NCBI RefSeq assembly: GCF_018350175.1
Contig: NC_058368.1
Location: 32,986,001 to 33,050,000, forward strand
Source of the DNA: Felis catus
Taxonomy: Eukaryota
DNA: 64,000 nucleotides
Direction of reading: 5' to 3'
Below, piece after piece: positions 1 through 13,009 of the stretch (the first letter of the stretch is position 1; the number at the start of each line of letters is the position of its first letter). The position numbers and the translations under genes were made by a program. The notes below the pieces were generated by a model. The model searched no databases. It was not told the origin of the DNA and was given only the letters and a program-made list of their open reading frames with translations.

Positions 1-589
1 AAATATTTATAAGGTTATTTGAAATATGAAAATGTGTGTTCTTGCTACTAGTGAAAAAAAAGTCTTAAAGTCTGTAATTAATGTCTTTTAATTCTATGTC
101 CTATATCCTTTAATAGTCTTTTGTTCTTTTCTGAACCCCTGAAGTTAACTATTCTGTGCTTTAAGTTCTTCTAGTCTTAAGCCTATTGCCTTTACATTTT
201 AAGGTCTTTTTGAGATCTCCTGTCTCAAAGTGGCTTAAATAGGGCATTTCCTCCTTCTACCCTTAAAAATAACACAAACAATGAGAAATAGAAAAAAAAA
301 AGGCAAACTCCAACTTTGTAAAACTGATGTATATGTAATCCTGAATGTTTATCGGTAAGCAGAAACGCAGGATAGCAACAGCAAATGTCCATGCGGCCAG
401 TCTTGGACACAGCAAGATCAAAGTTATCTCAAGTAAATTCTGAAAAGAATATAGTACCACAACAACATATAAAAATACATAGATACACACAAGTGTGTGT
501 GCGTATATATACGCACATATATACGCCTCATGTGGTTGTGCTTAATTGCCATCTATATACCTTTAAATATACCTTTATACATGCTGAAT

Positions 590-1100
590 AGAAGTCCTTG
601 ATCAGGTTTAAAATTTGCAGGCATTTGCTCTCTGTGGCCCATCTTTCCGTTCTTTTAAAGAATAGAAAGTTCAGAGGTGCCTGGGTGCCTCAGTTGGTAA
701 AGCCACTGACCCTTGACTCAAGCTCAGGACATGATCTCAGTTTGTGGGATTGAGCCCCGTTGTCAGGCTCTATGCTGACAGTATTCAGTGTGCCTGGGAT
801 TCTCTCTCTCCTTTCTCTCTGCTCCTGACTCTACTCCCACGTGTGATCTCTCCCTCTCTCTCTCTCTCTCAATAAATAAATAAGCTTTAAAAGCAAACAT
901 TAAAAAACAACAACAACAACAGGAAATTGACATTTGACAATGTTCAGTGTAACAGTATTTTGCCTTTATAAACTAGGCTTTTCATATTGTATCTAACAAT
1001 TTTTTGACATAGTTTAAGGTTACATAGATTTTATCCTACATGTTCTCTAGAAGTCATAGAGTTTTAGGTCTATGATCCATTTTGACTTAACTTTTTAAAT
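590..1100 (-). mobile_element. Ancient L1 ORF2 fragment, interrupted by the SINE at 674-920
   Basis: Degenerate antisense L1 ORF2 wording, e.g. ttctctagaagtcatagagttttaggtctatgatccattttgacttaac. Confidence 0.6.
674..920 (+). mobile_element. CanSINE (older subfamily)
   Basis: ggtgcctgggtgcctcagttggtaaagc head, (CT)n tract, aataaataaa and A/(AAC)n tail. Confidence 0.92.
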
Positions 1101-1589
1101 TCAATACAGGTCTTGTGTGGACAAGACAGCTTTTCCACAATAAGCCTGCCAGATAATTGCCTATGGTCAGATCTGAAAAATCACACATAGGGTTTTGCCG
1201 TGGAAAAAGTGATAAAATCAGCTTTCATATGTCTGGGAGAGTATTTGATCTTTGTTTTTGAAATATATTTCATTGGGTATAGAATTTTAGGTTCACCATT
1301 TTTCAGCACTAAGTTATCATGCCACTATTTTCTCATGTGCATAATTTCCCAGAAAAGATGCTGTCATCTTTCTTTATCTTTGTCTCTATATAATATATAT
1401 GTTTTGTCTGGTTAGTTTTGAAATTTTTCTCTTCATCACTCATTCTTAAACAATTTGATTATGATGTGCTTGGGTGTAGTTTTATTCACAGTTTTTGGGC
1501 TTGGGATTTATTGGCCTCCCTGGAAATCAGGGTTTATAGTTTTCTATGAATCTGAAAAATGTTCAGCCATTATTACTTGAAGTATTTTT

Positions 1590-1725
1590 TATATTTTGTG
1601 TATTATATATTTATATAATTTTATATATCTATAAAATATACCTTATATTCTATAAATTATATATAAAATATAATAAAATACATACAAATAAATATAATTA
1701 AAAAATGTAAAAATATTTTATAGAT
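1590..1725. repeat. AT-rich low-complexity tract
   Basis: Almost pure A/T, degenerate (TA)n. Confidence 0.8.
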
Positions 1726-1977
1726 AAATTTCTTCCTTTCCTCGCTCTCCTTTGAGAATACCACTTCAGAATAAACGGGACCATTTGAAGATGTGCTCAA
1801 GGTCATTAAGGTTCTATTCTTTTTTTAATTCCTCTTTTTTTCTCTTTGTGTCTCATTTTGCATACTTCCAAGTGCAGTGTATTTTCATTGACCTTCTAAA
1901 ATGTCTAATGTATTTTTCTCATTCAATATGTTTTTCATATACTTTCCATTTCTACAATTCAATATGGCTATTTTTTT

Positions 1978-2242
1978 CAACGTTTTATTTATTTATTTTT
2001 ATTTTTTTCAACGTTTTATTTTATTTTATTTTATTTTATTTTATTTTTTTATTTTTGGGACAGAGAGAGACAGAGCATGAACGGGGGAGGGGCAGAGAGA
2101 GAGAGGGAGACACAGAATTGGAAACAGGCTCCAGGCTCTGAGCCATCAGCCCAGAGCCTGACGCGGGACTCGAACTCCTGGACCGCGAGATCGTGACCTG
2201 GCTGAAGTCGGACGCTTAACTGACTGCGCCACCCAGGAGCCC
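1978..2242 (-). mobile_element. Young felid SINEC_Fc
   Basis: CpG-rich near-consensus body; TSD ttcaatatggctattttttt at 1958-1977 and 2243-2262. Confidence 0.97.
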
Positions 2243-2594
2243 TTCAATATGGCTATTTTTTTAGAAGTTCCATATCTCTACTAATTTTTCGAATGTATGG
2301 AACAGTCATAATACTTGTGTGAATTCTTGCTGCTAATTCTAATGTGTCTATCAGTTCTGGGTTGGTTTGAATTATCCTCTTCATTAAGAGTCATTTTTCT
2401 GCTTTATATGCTGATAATTTCTTAATTGTATAAATTATATTGTGGATTTTACCTTGTTGGATACTGGCTAGTTTTGTATTTTTACAAATACCTCTGACAT
2501 TCTGGGGCATAACTGATTCACTTGGAAATACGTGATTTCTTCAGATCTCTTTAAAATTTGATTGTGGGGACCTGAGTAGTGTTTAGCCGAGGAC

Positions 2595-2828
2595 ATAGTT
2601 TCCTGACGTTAACACTATTGACATGTGGGACCAAATGAGACTTTGTTGTTGTCATGGTAATTTGGCTGATGGAGGGGGAGAGGGTGGTTTTTCTGTACAG
2701 TGAAGATTACTTAGGACCCCTAGACTCTCCCATACCAATAGAACCCCCTTCTGGTTGTGACACCAGACATCTCCAGAAATTGCCAAATGTACGTTGGAGG
2801 AAAAGTAGTCCCTTGTTGAAAATAACTA
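2595..2828 (-). mobile_element. MER20-like hAT-Charlie non-autonomous DNA transposon
   Basis: acactattgacat...ctttgttgt...ggttgtgacacc...ctccagaaattgccaaatgt...gttgaaaataact resembles reverse-complement MER20. Confidence 0.8.
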
Positions 2829-4679
2829 TTCCACAGGTCATTATCCTCACAACCAATGGTGACACCGCAAGTAATCTAGCCAATGCCCCACGAATTGTGA
2901 TGTCTCTTAGTCTGGGTGGTAGGAATAGGCACTCTTAGCTTTGTGTGAATAGCAGGTACTGTTCCTTCCAATCCTTTTAAATTTGGTTCTTTGCCTGATT
3001 TGGATAGTGTTTTTTGTTTGCTTGTTTGTTTGTTTTTGCATACATTTGCTCACTAGTACTCTGTTGAATACTGGAGAAGTTCCTGCTACATAACTCCGGA
3101 GCTGGTTCTCAATGCAACTTTCTCTTTTCTTATATGCCATCAAATGCACTCAAATACCCCTGGGCTCTTCAGACACTCAATTCCATCTATTCTGTGGAAG
3201 GAATCCACAGAATTCCACGTGTTTTTCCCTTCTTTAATACACAGGCTGGAAATGTTCTTTGGGCAGTAAGCTGAGGCAAGAGTAGGGGTCCCAGTGTTTT
3301 CTTGTTTGTCTCCCAGGGATTACTGTCCTCTGTCTAATGCTTGATGTTACGTCTATATCTTCCTTTATTGTTATTTAAGGTTGGAGAGTGAATCTCGTCA
3401 ATGGTATGGAAATTGAAATCTAATTTAATCTTGTTTTGAAAATAGAAAATCAAAATAATTACCTCAAGAACATCAAAATAGTATTTCCCAGAATTAATGC
3501 CCTATGGGTACCATATTGGGATCTTGAATGAAAACACTAGGACTCTTAATTATATTCATTATTTCAAATGAAGAATTCAATAAATACTGACATTTAATAT
3601 TCAACTCTACAGCACACTTATGGGGTGCATATGTCTGACTGTCACGTTTCATTTCTTTCATTAATGAAATAGCAAAAGGTACAATAAGGACTAGAGGTGG
3701 TCTTACTCTGTTTTTGCTTTTCAATGCATTAATGACAACTTGAAGTATGTTTTAGAATATAATTTATATAATTTATATGATTACATTGATAAAAATAAGG
3801 AATTAAAATAGATCACATACAATATCAGCAATACACTAGGTGGTGTCCCTGAAAAGCTTTCCTGTCACTGAGAAGTTTACTGGATATCTCATATTGAACT
3901 TAACCTGGTGTTAATTTTCTTTTATAGAGAGACATTTCCAAATTTGCTGACATCTTTAGTGATAATAACTGTCAGTAGCTGCCAAGCGGACTTTTTTTTT
4001 TTTTTTTTTTTTAAAGATGAACAATATGTGCCTCTAAGCCAAAGGAGCCTTAGTAAAGAGTTAGGCTCCTTTCAAAACAAATATATTGTTGTATAGATAA
4101 AACATGTAGAAAATGAGTCTTTAAATACTCTTATTTTGAGAAATGCATATTTTTCATTTTCATTTGTATACCTTTGCAAGTATCCTTTTTAGCTCTGATC
4201 ACTGTCAAAATCAGCTATCAAAATCAACTGGGAACTTAAAATTAGGTTTTTATTTGATTTATCACAAAAAGTTAAATTCAGAATTTGAGAAATCATGTAT
4301 CATTATATTATGTTGCCCAAATAAAATCGTAATTGAGAGTAAAATGCAAAAAAAAATTATAAAGTAATTTTTCCAGTCTCATCTATACCTTTCTATGAGT
4401 GCAACTTAGAATATACAGACAGTGTTAATACAGGAGTATGGATGACTTATAAATATATGTGTATATAAATTCACAGCCAGGTACCAACTCAATCTTGAAG
4501 GATGTAAAATAAAAATAATGTAAATCATTTCTCCATCAGAGTTTTCTTTTTGTTTCTTTAAAAAGGTAAAAACCTTCTCCTTTGAGAATTAGGTATCTGT
4601 TTCTTACAGTTGTCACAAATACAATTTTCCAATCAACTCCAAAACGTAGGAGAACCATCCTATCTAAAAAATACCTTTA

Positions 4680-4961
4680 AGTTGTTTTTATTTTGAGAGC
4701 ACGTACGAGTGCATGAGTTGGGGAGGGGCAGAGAGAGAATCCCAAGCAGCCTCTGCAGGAACTGTCAGTGCAGAGCCAGATCAGATGTGGGGCTCAAACT
4801 CACAAACCATGAGATCATGACCTGAGCCGAAATCAAGATGCTTAACTGGGATGCCTGGGTGGCTCATTTGGCTAAGTCCTTGATTTTTGGCTCGGGTCAT
4901 GGTCTCACAGTTTGTGAGTTTGAGTCCCACATTGGGCTCTGTGCTGTCAGCACAGCTTGGG

Positions 4962-5023
<62 letters not shown>

Positions 5024-5085
5024 AAACAAACTTAAAAAAAATAAAAAAAGTCAATGCTTAACTGACTGAGCCACCCAGGCACCCC
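4680..5085 (-). mobile_element. CanSINE, host copy split by the SINE at 4848-5050
   Basis: Body 4680-4847 resumes at about 5064 with gactgagccacccaggcacccc. Confidence 0.92.
4848..5050 (+). mobile_element. CanSINE nested in an opposite-strand SINE, with long (CT)n
   Basis: gggatgcctgggtggctca head; atgcttaact duplicated on both sides. Confidence 0.93.
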
Positions 5086-5164
5086 CTATTTTAAGAAATT
5101 AATTTACATTTAAAAATAATTAAGTCACTTATTTTGTATACATGTCTAATCTTTGTAAATAACT

Positions 5165-5291
5165 TTTATTTTTTTTAGATTTTTTTTTAGATTTTATTCC
5201 TTTAAGAATCTCTATACCCCACGTGGGCCTTAAACTTATAAATATGACATCAAGAATCGCATGCTGTACCAACTGAGCCAGCCAGGCACCC
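5165..5291 (-). mobile_element. Short tRNA-Lys-derived carnivore SINE (no CT tract)
   Basis: atcaagaatcgcatgctgtaccaactgagccagccaggcaccc is an antisense tRNA-Lys-like head, with T-rich antisense tail. Confidence 0.85.
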
Positions 5292-6080
5292 ACGTTAGTG
5301 TAGTTTTGATAGAAAGATTCTGTCTGGAGAGAGCCAGACTGGTGGTAAACCCTACAAAACATCCCCGTTCTTCATAACCTGCGAAATAAAATCATTGCTT
5401 TTAAATGATACTTTAACACTTACTGTTTCATGAGCACCAGCTGATATTGTTTAGGCATTGTTACTGCTGAGTTAATTTTAAGTATATCTTTTCATGCTCC
5501 CTGTTTTCTTGTTTCATGTAAGACAATTGTCTGACATTTTAACGAGATTTTTCTAGTAGTAAGAAATAAAACCAAAACAACTCAGTTAAAACTTGTCCAA
5601 TATTTCAAGGGGACATGAGTATATACTTGAATCACTTAAATGTATGCAGTTTTTCTATTTCTTTTATTTTGCTTCATGGATTACTTGCATTATCATAAAG
5701 TTAGTACAGTCCTTTAATGGCTTTTCTCAGAGTCTCCTGTGTGGAAGGGAAGCCTATTATATTCTCAATAACAAAACATATTGAAATGAACTCACCTGTA
5801 CTTTATATGCTTTATAAATTAGAAGCATAAAAACAAAACTGGCTGTTTCAAGAAAGGCTGCAAGACACTTCATTATGGGATCTGCAAAGGCTACTGTAAG
5901 CAGTGACCTACCACCCAGAAATAAATACCTCACTAGAAAGAAGTCATGCTTTTTCTGATAAATTTAAGTAGAACCTTACTGAGGTTTAGCTCATTATTAC
6001 ATGAAATTAGATATGCATGGGTCATGACATATGCCTGAAATACAAATTCATTTAGTAAATGCTATAAAAACTGTATTTTA

Positions 6081-6306
6081 GGGGCGCCTGGGTGGCGCAG
6101 TCGGTTAAGCGTCCGACTTCAGCCAGGTCACGATCTCGTGGTCCGGGAGTTCGAACCCCGCGTCAGGCTCTGGGCTGATGGCTCAGAGCCTGGAGCCTGT
6201 TTCCGATTCTGTGTCTCCCTCTCTCTCTGCCCCTCCCCCGTTCATGCTCTCTCTCTGTCCCAAAAATAAATAAACGTTGAAAAAAAAATTAAAAAAATAA
6301 AAAAAA
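6081..6306 (+). mobile_element. Young felid SINEC_Fc
   Basis: ggggcgcctgggtggcgcagtcggttaagcgtccgacttcagccaggtcacg...aaataaacgttgaaaa; ctgtattttag duplicated at both flanks. Confidence 0.98.
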
Positions 6307-6384
6307 CCCTGTATTTTAGTGTTAAAATGCTGTATTTTAGTGTCTACCATTTTTACGTACCCTTCCATAAAATTTTAGGGCTAA

Positions 6385-6515
6385 TATAATCCTGTTTCAT
6401 TTTCTTCCTTTTTATAGTTAAGAAAACAGAGTCCTAGAGCTGTTAAGTTTCTCAGGTAAACAAGATCATGTAGCTAGCCTAAGGGAAAAAAATGCCTCTT
6501 ATTTGGGTCTCCTAA
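6385..6515 (-). mobile_element. MIR fragment
   Basis: ttttatagttaagaaaacagagtcctagagctgttaag...caagatcatgtagctag resembles the antisense MIR core. Confidence 0.55.
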
Positions 6516-7309
6516 CATACTTTTCTTTCTTTGACCACGTCATCATGGCATTGTGAAAACAAAACAGTGTATGACAACCATGAGGCGTCACTGTTATTAC
6601 ACAAATCACGTAAGAGAACTTTGAGTATCACTTAAAGGGCTTGCCTTCCAAACCAAGTGACTAGGAATCATTTCTCAGGATTCTGTTTTTAATTCTTTCT
6701 TTCAACTTCAGCATCATGATGCTAGCCATTAAGTAATTTTCTTGTGTTATTACATGTCATGAATATCAAGTCACATAGGGTGAAATACATGGTTAATTAA
6801 CACAGAGAAAAATGTAGAGAAAAGACCAGTTTCAGCTGATCTATTTTGAAGCATGTTTGTTAACTGATAGACTTGGAGTGAGTTAACTGCATTTAGGTAA
6901 ACTGCATTTAAGTTTATATAAAAAGAGAGGGGATGGGAGGAACCCCAAATAAAGATAATTTCTCCTATCAGATATTATGGTGGGGACAGAGAATAAAACA
7001 AGGACAAATCACGTGGATGAAAAGAAACCAATTAGACTGATTCAAAGTGTAGTGTAATGGGCTGACGTCTCGCTCCTTTGTGCCACTCTATTCTATATGT
7101 TACGTATGCATGCCTATTGCATAACTTCTGCTTAGAGTTGCATTTCAATACATAAATGCATAATTTTTATAACTTATTCCTAGAATTTAAGATTCCTCAC
7201 TTTCTTAAATGGGCAAGGAAATTCTTAATGTATATTGATGCCTATAGATACCTAAAGATTTCAGGAGTTCAGAGAAAAATATGAAATGATACATACTGTT
7301 ATCCTTGAG

Positions 7310-8745
7310 CAAGTTGGCATCTCATCACCTTCCTCCTCCTCTGGCTTTTCATGAAACAGTCTTGGCTACCTAATCCTTATCTTTCTGTCTCTCTTTATGG
7401 TATGGCCCTAAGGCCATCCTCTTCTCTATTAAGACTCCCTTCTCAAGCTCAGTCACCCAAGCCGGTAACTTTAAATTCTATCTACACAAATGGGACTCTC
7501 CCCATATTTCTACATTTCCGACTTCTTCCATGAACTCAAGACTCATGTAAACTTTAAAAAAAATGTTTATTTTGAGAGAGTGAGTGAGAGCAGGCATGAG
7601 CCAGGGAGGGGCAGAGAAAGGAGGAGAGAGAGAATCCCAAACAGGCTCCTTGGTGTCAGGGTAGAGCCTGACACAGGGCTATCTCACAGTTTGTGAGACC
7701 ATGACCTGAACCAAAATCAAGAGTTGCACACTTAACTGAGCAATGCGGGTGCCCCAAGACTCATGTAAACTTAACATGGGCAAACTCTGATTCTCAATTT
7801 CCCTCCCAAGCTTGCTCCATAAATGCTGTTCCCAAATTCAGGCAATGTTACCTTTATTAACTCAGGCTCCTAAACTCAGGCTCCTATAACTCTTGATGTT
7901 CCCTCATGTTCGACAATCCATTCAGCAACAAATTCTGTCCACCTATAATATGCATCTTTCTTCCCTATAGTTCTTAGGTCTTTTACCAATACCATTCTGA
8001 TTTGAGCCATCACCGCCTCTCACATGGACCACTAAAGTAGCCTAACAACCCGATCCTTCTTCCACTCTTGTACGTTGTTCAGTCTGTTCTGTACACAAAA
8101 CCCAGAGTTACTATTTTAAAATGTGTAACTACTTGTCTCACATCTCCACTTAAAAGTTCTCAGAGGCTTTTCATAACGGTTAGAATAACAACCCAGATTT
8201 CTGAAGGAGAAGAATCTCTAATTTGTGACCCCTGTGACATCATTTCTCACAACTCTGCTTTCTCTTTCCATTCAAGCCACACATGGTCTCTTAGAAAATA
8301 TACCATGCTTGCTGTAGACTCCTGGCCTTTTGTACTTGTTCCTTCCATCTGGAAGGCTCTTCTAAAGACATGCATGTTGCTTTCTCCCTCAGTTCTCTAC
8401 CTGCTCAAAGTTTACCACACGGGAAAGGCCTTTTCTGAGCACTCAATGTAACATACAAAGTTGATGGACATGAAATTGCCAATATTCTTCTGTTTTTGAT
8501 TTAAGGTCCGTTGAACCTATCCTAATCTCCACCCTCTGTATCTCTTTACGGCCTTCCATATGTTTTTATTAACTTTGCAATGCCTAGTAATTACCTGACC
8601 TCACAGTGACTTGTGGCTTGTTGATCTGTTCATCTGTTTTTTCCCCACTAGATATGGATTTAATCTGCACAAGAACAATACTTCATTTTATTTCCTTCAA
8701 ACAATGTGTAGCATAGGAATCAAAGAATATTCAACTTATAAATAA
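7310..8745 (+). mobile_element. L2 3' region, interrupted by the SINE at 7555
   Basis: Degenerate L2 wording (ccatcaccgcctctcacatggaccactaaagtagcctaac; ccacttaaaagttctcagaggcttttcat; ccccactaga) ending in an aataaat-type tail. Confidence 0.7.
7555..7755 (-). mobile_element. CanSINE
   Basis: Perfect 17-bp TSD aagactcatgtaaactt at 7538-7554 and 7756-7772. Confidence 0.95.
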
Positions 8746-10719
8746 ATTCCCATTGTATAGATTGAAAACAATAAACAAAAATTGGCCTATCTCATTTCCT
8801 GGAGCAATAATTGGAATATCTTTGATAAAATCACTGATTTGTATGTTCTTAGATTTTTAATTTTAATGTTTCATATTTTATTTCAATTTTTATTGCTTTA
8901 TATTAGTGTTTAAACATGGAATTTTTATTCTATGAAATGTATGGAGAAATATAACAACTTTTAGCTATAAACAGTTAGGTGTTTCAGATATTCTTAACAA
9001 ATCACACTGTGCTGGGACCTGGATGGAAAAGAGTAAACCATATTCTATTTATTCAGGAAAAAGAGTTTCTTGGCATTTCAAAAGCTGAATGATAGTACAG
9101 CTATCCTGAAATTTGCGACCCAGGAAAAAGCAGAGAGAGTCAAAGGCCATTTATCTAATATTTAGGAAACTTCTGAATAAACCAGTAACACACCTCCTCC
9201 CCCTTCTTTACTTTGGTTTCTTAGTCTATTTTACTATTTCCAATTTGCTTCCCATATTTCTTTCTATTTCTATGGCTATATTACTGAGATTCAAAATTAA
9301 AATTTTAAGTGCATACATAAATTATGAATGAAGTTTCATATTAGTAAATTAACAATCTAATGATTCACTTTTTCAGCCTTAAAGATAGACCTTTTTATTA
9401 CACTCCTCAATTTCTGTTTTTCTAAGTTAAATGATAACAAAGGGTTTATTTTCTATTAGAAAATTGCAGTAGGAAAAATAAAAAAAAAGATCAAGTAGTT
9501 CTAAAGGAATAACATGTTTTGACTTGTTTAGTCTGAGACTGCATATATCAACTTTAAAAGGTAATGCCTTACATTTATATTCCCAATTAAAGGTCAAGTG
9601 TCAGTTTTCTCCACCTCTCTTAATGCAAATTGCCCTCTAGTAATATTGGTATTTTCCAGGCTTGTCCATTAACTGTCACTGTTCTCTTTATTTTTATACT
9701 TGCCCCAAACTCATGTCCTCTAAGTGCTCTGTGTTGTGTTGTTACCTTAAAAGTTCTGGACTGACAGGGTGAGAAATGGATGTGATGTGTCCTCACTTAC
9801 TTTTGTAACACCATCCCTCATTTTTGCCCATCAAAGCACCAGACATAGTCATGTGGGTGAATCTAACCCTGCTGAAACGTGTGTAACATTACACATGTCT
9901 TCACTATTCCTTCTCTGTTCCTTGCCAGTATCCGAGGACATAAATATTCATAAACTAGGACAAATAAGAAGCTGAGCCTGAAGGATAGTATACCCAAATT
10001 TCATCCAGGCACATCATATCAAGGAAAACAGTATTAGGATACAAAAAAAAGTTTTTTGTTCATTTGCTTGGTTAGTATTTATACACATTGACATGTTTTA
10101 ACACCTTGTAATGAAAAATCTAAAGCAGAGAAACTAGCAAAAAAGAACCTCCATGCCAGTGTAAACAGCTCTAATAATTATCTACCAAGACTAATACTTT
10201 GTCTGTGCCCTAATAATCACCTCCATGATTCTGAATCAAATCCCAAATCCCAGACGACATAGCATTTGTTTTGTATAAACAAATTTTAACATATAAGGAA
10301 TACACATATATACACACACACACATATATTCATTAACATATGCAAATAGAGAAAATTTAAGAAAGAGGAAAACTCTGAATTAGAGTGAGTAAAGATATTT
10401 TAACTTGTCATTCAGGACTATTAGGGACACCTAGATAGTAATTTAAATGTAGTTCTGCCCCTTGACAATATTGCTATCCCTAATACACTATGAATTGAAT
10501 TAATTTAGTGTTCTGTATTTATTGAATGGGGGATTATGTTTCTCTGCTGCTTTCCTTATCATGTGGAGCAATACTAAATCATATGCATACAAAGAATGAA
10601 ATAATTGAAAAATTTTAGTGAACATGGAAAACCACCAATTTTTCAAACCATACAATACTGAAAAGATAAATTTAGAGGTATTCACGTGTTCATTTATGTA
10701 TTTTACTTTAATTCAGCAT

Positions 10720-10835
10720 GTATTATATATGTATCTAATGTTGATATTATGCATGTAATGTATATAATATTACATATAATGTTGATATGTATATAATGTT
10801 GTATATATGTATATAATGTGTAAATATATATATAA
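10720..10835. repeat. Degenerate (TA)n/(TATG)n low-complexity tract
   Basis: Repeated tatataatgt units. Confidence 0.75.
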
Positions 10836-13009
10836 AACCTCACACTCACATGTATAGTATAGATGAGAGCGTGTGCTATGTTATGCGCTCTGGTGCCAAA
10901 GAGAAATACAAAATGTTTCTGATTTTGAGTGATACTTTAATGTAAATATACACAAAACACAAAGTGAAGAATACTAGAAGGATATCTTACGTGCTCTTAA
11001 TAAGTTGACAGTTGACAAACAATTTAATACTAATATTTGGTCATGATTTTATTTGGTTATTTCTCAGTTATATATTTTGAAACCTTTCTTGATTATGATC
11101 AAACTCTAGAAGCAGAACTTCTATAATTGTTTTGAAGATACCATCAGTCTCAAGAAATTCAATTCCTGTACATCAATAAAATTTTACTTTTTTTTTTTAA
11201 GCAAGCTTCTTTCTTAAGCGTGTGGTGAAAAAAAATAACATTCAAAAGTAGTGACAAATTGTATCTGTCAACCATCAGGGTTGGGTGTGGGAAGTAGTAG
11301 GAAGTGTATTCAGAGTGACAAATATTAGCAGAGACATAAGCCATGGTATTTATTTCTCTATTTGCGATATATTCCAAGTGATTCAACCAAATGGAACAGA
11401 TGGTACAATTGTGAGGTTATGGTTATCTTAAATAGAAGGTAAAAAAAAAATACATTAAATTCTCTTAGTGTATTAAAAACATAAACTTCACTTCAGTAGA
11501 ATAAATATTATGACCACTCTTATTAATTTTTACTTAAGTTGTGGTCTTGTTCTTGTCCATCTAGATCTGCTTGCATTTGGAAGCATTTCAAAAATTAAAG
11601 ATTATTTTTGAAGATGCTAAAAAAATCACTGAAAATTGCTGGGTTTTGTTCTTTATTGAGTTTTTAAAATCATTTAGTGCATTTTTTTTTGGAATATATT
11701 CTATCTCTCTCCTTTTTTTTTTTTTTTGGAATATATGCTACCTCTCCTTTTCTCTAAAGCCTTTTTAAAGACAAGAATATGTTTTCTTTTTTTTTCTTTT
11801 GGTTATACTCTTTAGATGCCAAAGACAAAATACTTTCTCACACTGTGAATAATAAAGTGTGACTCCCCAGGATGGTTGTTTGAAAAAAAAAAAAACAACA
11901 ATGTGTAATACACAAAAATATGCATGCTATTTAAATAAAATGTGTGTTTTATAAAATGTTAAGTTGTCAATAAAATTTACCTTACTTTCCATATAAAGCT
12001 TTATAGGTTTCAAAGAACTTTCACTTACGTGAATAATTCAGTCATCAGAACAATCATGTAAAGTCAACAGAAAAAGTGTTTTTCCCCTGATATAAGAATG
12101 AAGAAACAGGTTCACACAGTTCAAGAGTAAAAGGGGAAAACAAGGCTGTTTCCTGAATTTCAGAAATAGACTCTGTTCATGGGTTCAAATTAGCTTCTAA
12201 TAGCATCGAATGCTAAAATAGGCAAAGTTTATCTTTTATACTCAAGAAGTTCTGGACCTTCATATATCACTTCTAAATATTCTTTCCTGGTTTTTACTGC
12301 AGTGTTCAGGGCTTCCCAATCTTGTTGCCTGATGGCTCCACACAATCCTCTGTTCTCTTCTGCCGGCACTTAATTTACTAATAGCGCTTTAAAGTGGTGG
12401 TAACACTTTAAATAGTGTTACAATTATTATCTTTTTGAATTTTGGAAATCTCCGACCCTCCCTTAAATTAACATGGGGTGTCCTTCAGTCTGATGGCAGA
12501 TATTAGGAATGATAGAGAATGTGTGAAATAAAATTAAAGATGTTGAAATACCAAATGAGAGATCTCAGAAATTTGATCTTTATAAATCAGTATCTTTAAA
12601 GTGTGTACATGTTTGGAAGGCAAGGTGGGGGGATGGCCATCTTATCTTGACAATGATTTCCAATTCTGTTTACATGTAGTGAAAATGAGCATCTAGAAAC
12701 ATGAGCTATGGATTCTCGCTTTCTGAAAATTTCTCCATGGTGTATACAGGCTTGTTCCATATTTTCTCTAGGAACCCAATTATATTCATAGTCCCATTCC
12801 ATTCTGCTGGTGAACAGGCAATCTTAAATTATAAAACAGCAACAATAAAATCTTAATCTATAAAAAGAAATGGAACAGAAATTTAAAGCAGTGGATAATC
12901 TATAAATCGGTCAAGGTCTGCAGCATGTCAATGTAGCCAGGAATTTTGGAATCCTTGAGGGGCAACAAGGATCTAATGTGTGTATTTCGATAAGGCCAAA
13001 GTTTAACAA

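Larger units (their letters stand above)
1205..3420 (-). mobile_element. Ancient L1 (L1MC/MD-like) ORF1/5' region, interrupted by an AT-rich tract, a SINE and MER20
   Basis: Antisense ORF1-region wording (aacaatttgattatgatgtgcttgggtgtag; ttcagccattattacttgaag) continuing into 5'-end-like sequence (gggcagtaagctgaggcaag). Confidence 0.65.

Noticed and set aside
1752..2141. 129-aa ORF and similar ORFs ending in GQRETEHERGRGRE or containing SAQVMIS (e.g. 6183, 25143, 28297, 51405, 54114, 63396)
   Set aside because: These are translations of CanSINE sequence and AT-rich flanks, not genes.
3915..3995. ETFPNLLTSLVIITVSS after a ttttatag acceptor-like site, faintly like a hAT transposase dimerisation motif
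   Set aside because: Too short, runs into a poly-T tract, lacks the following ERSFS-type motif and has no donor.
5200..5291. tRNA-Lys-like sequence
   Set aside because: Heavily mutated with an A-rich tail; a SINE, not a tRNA gene.
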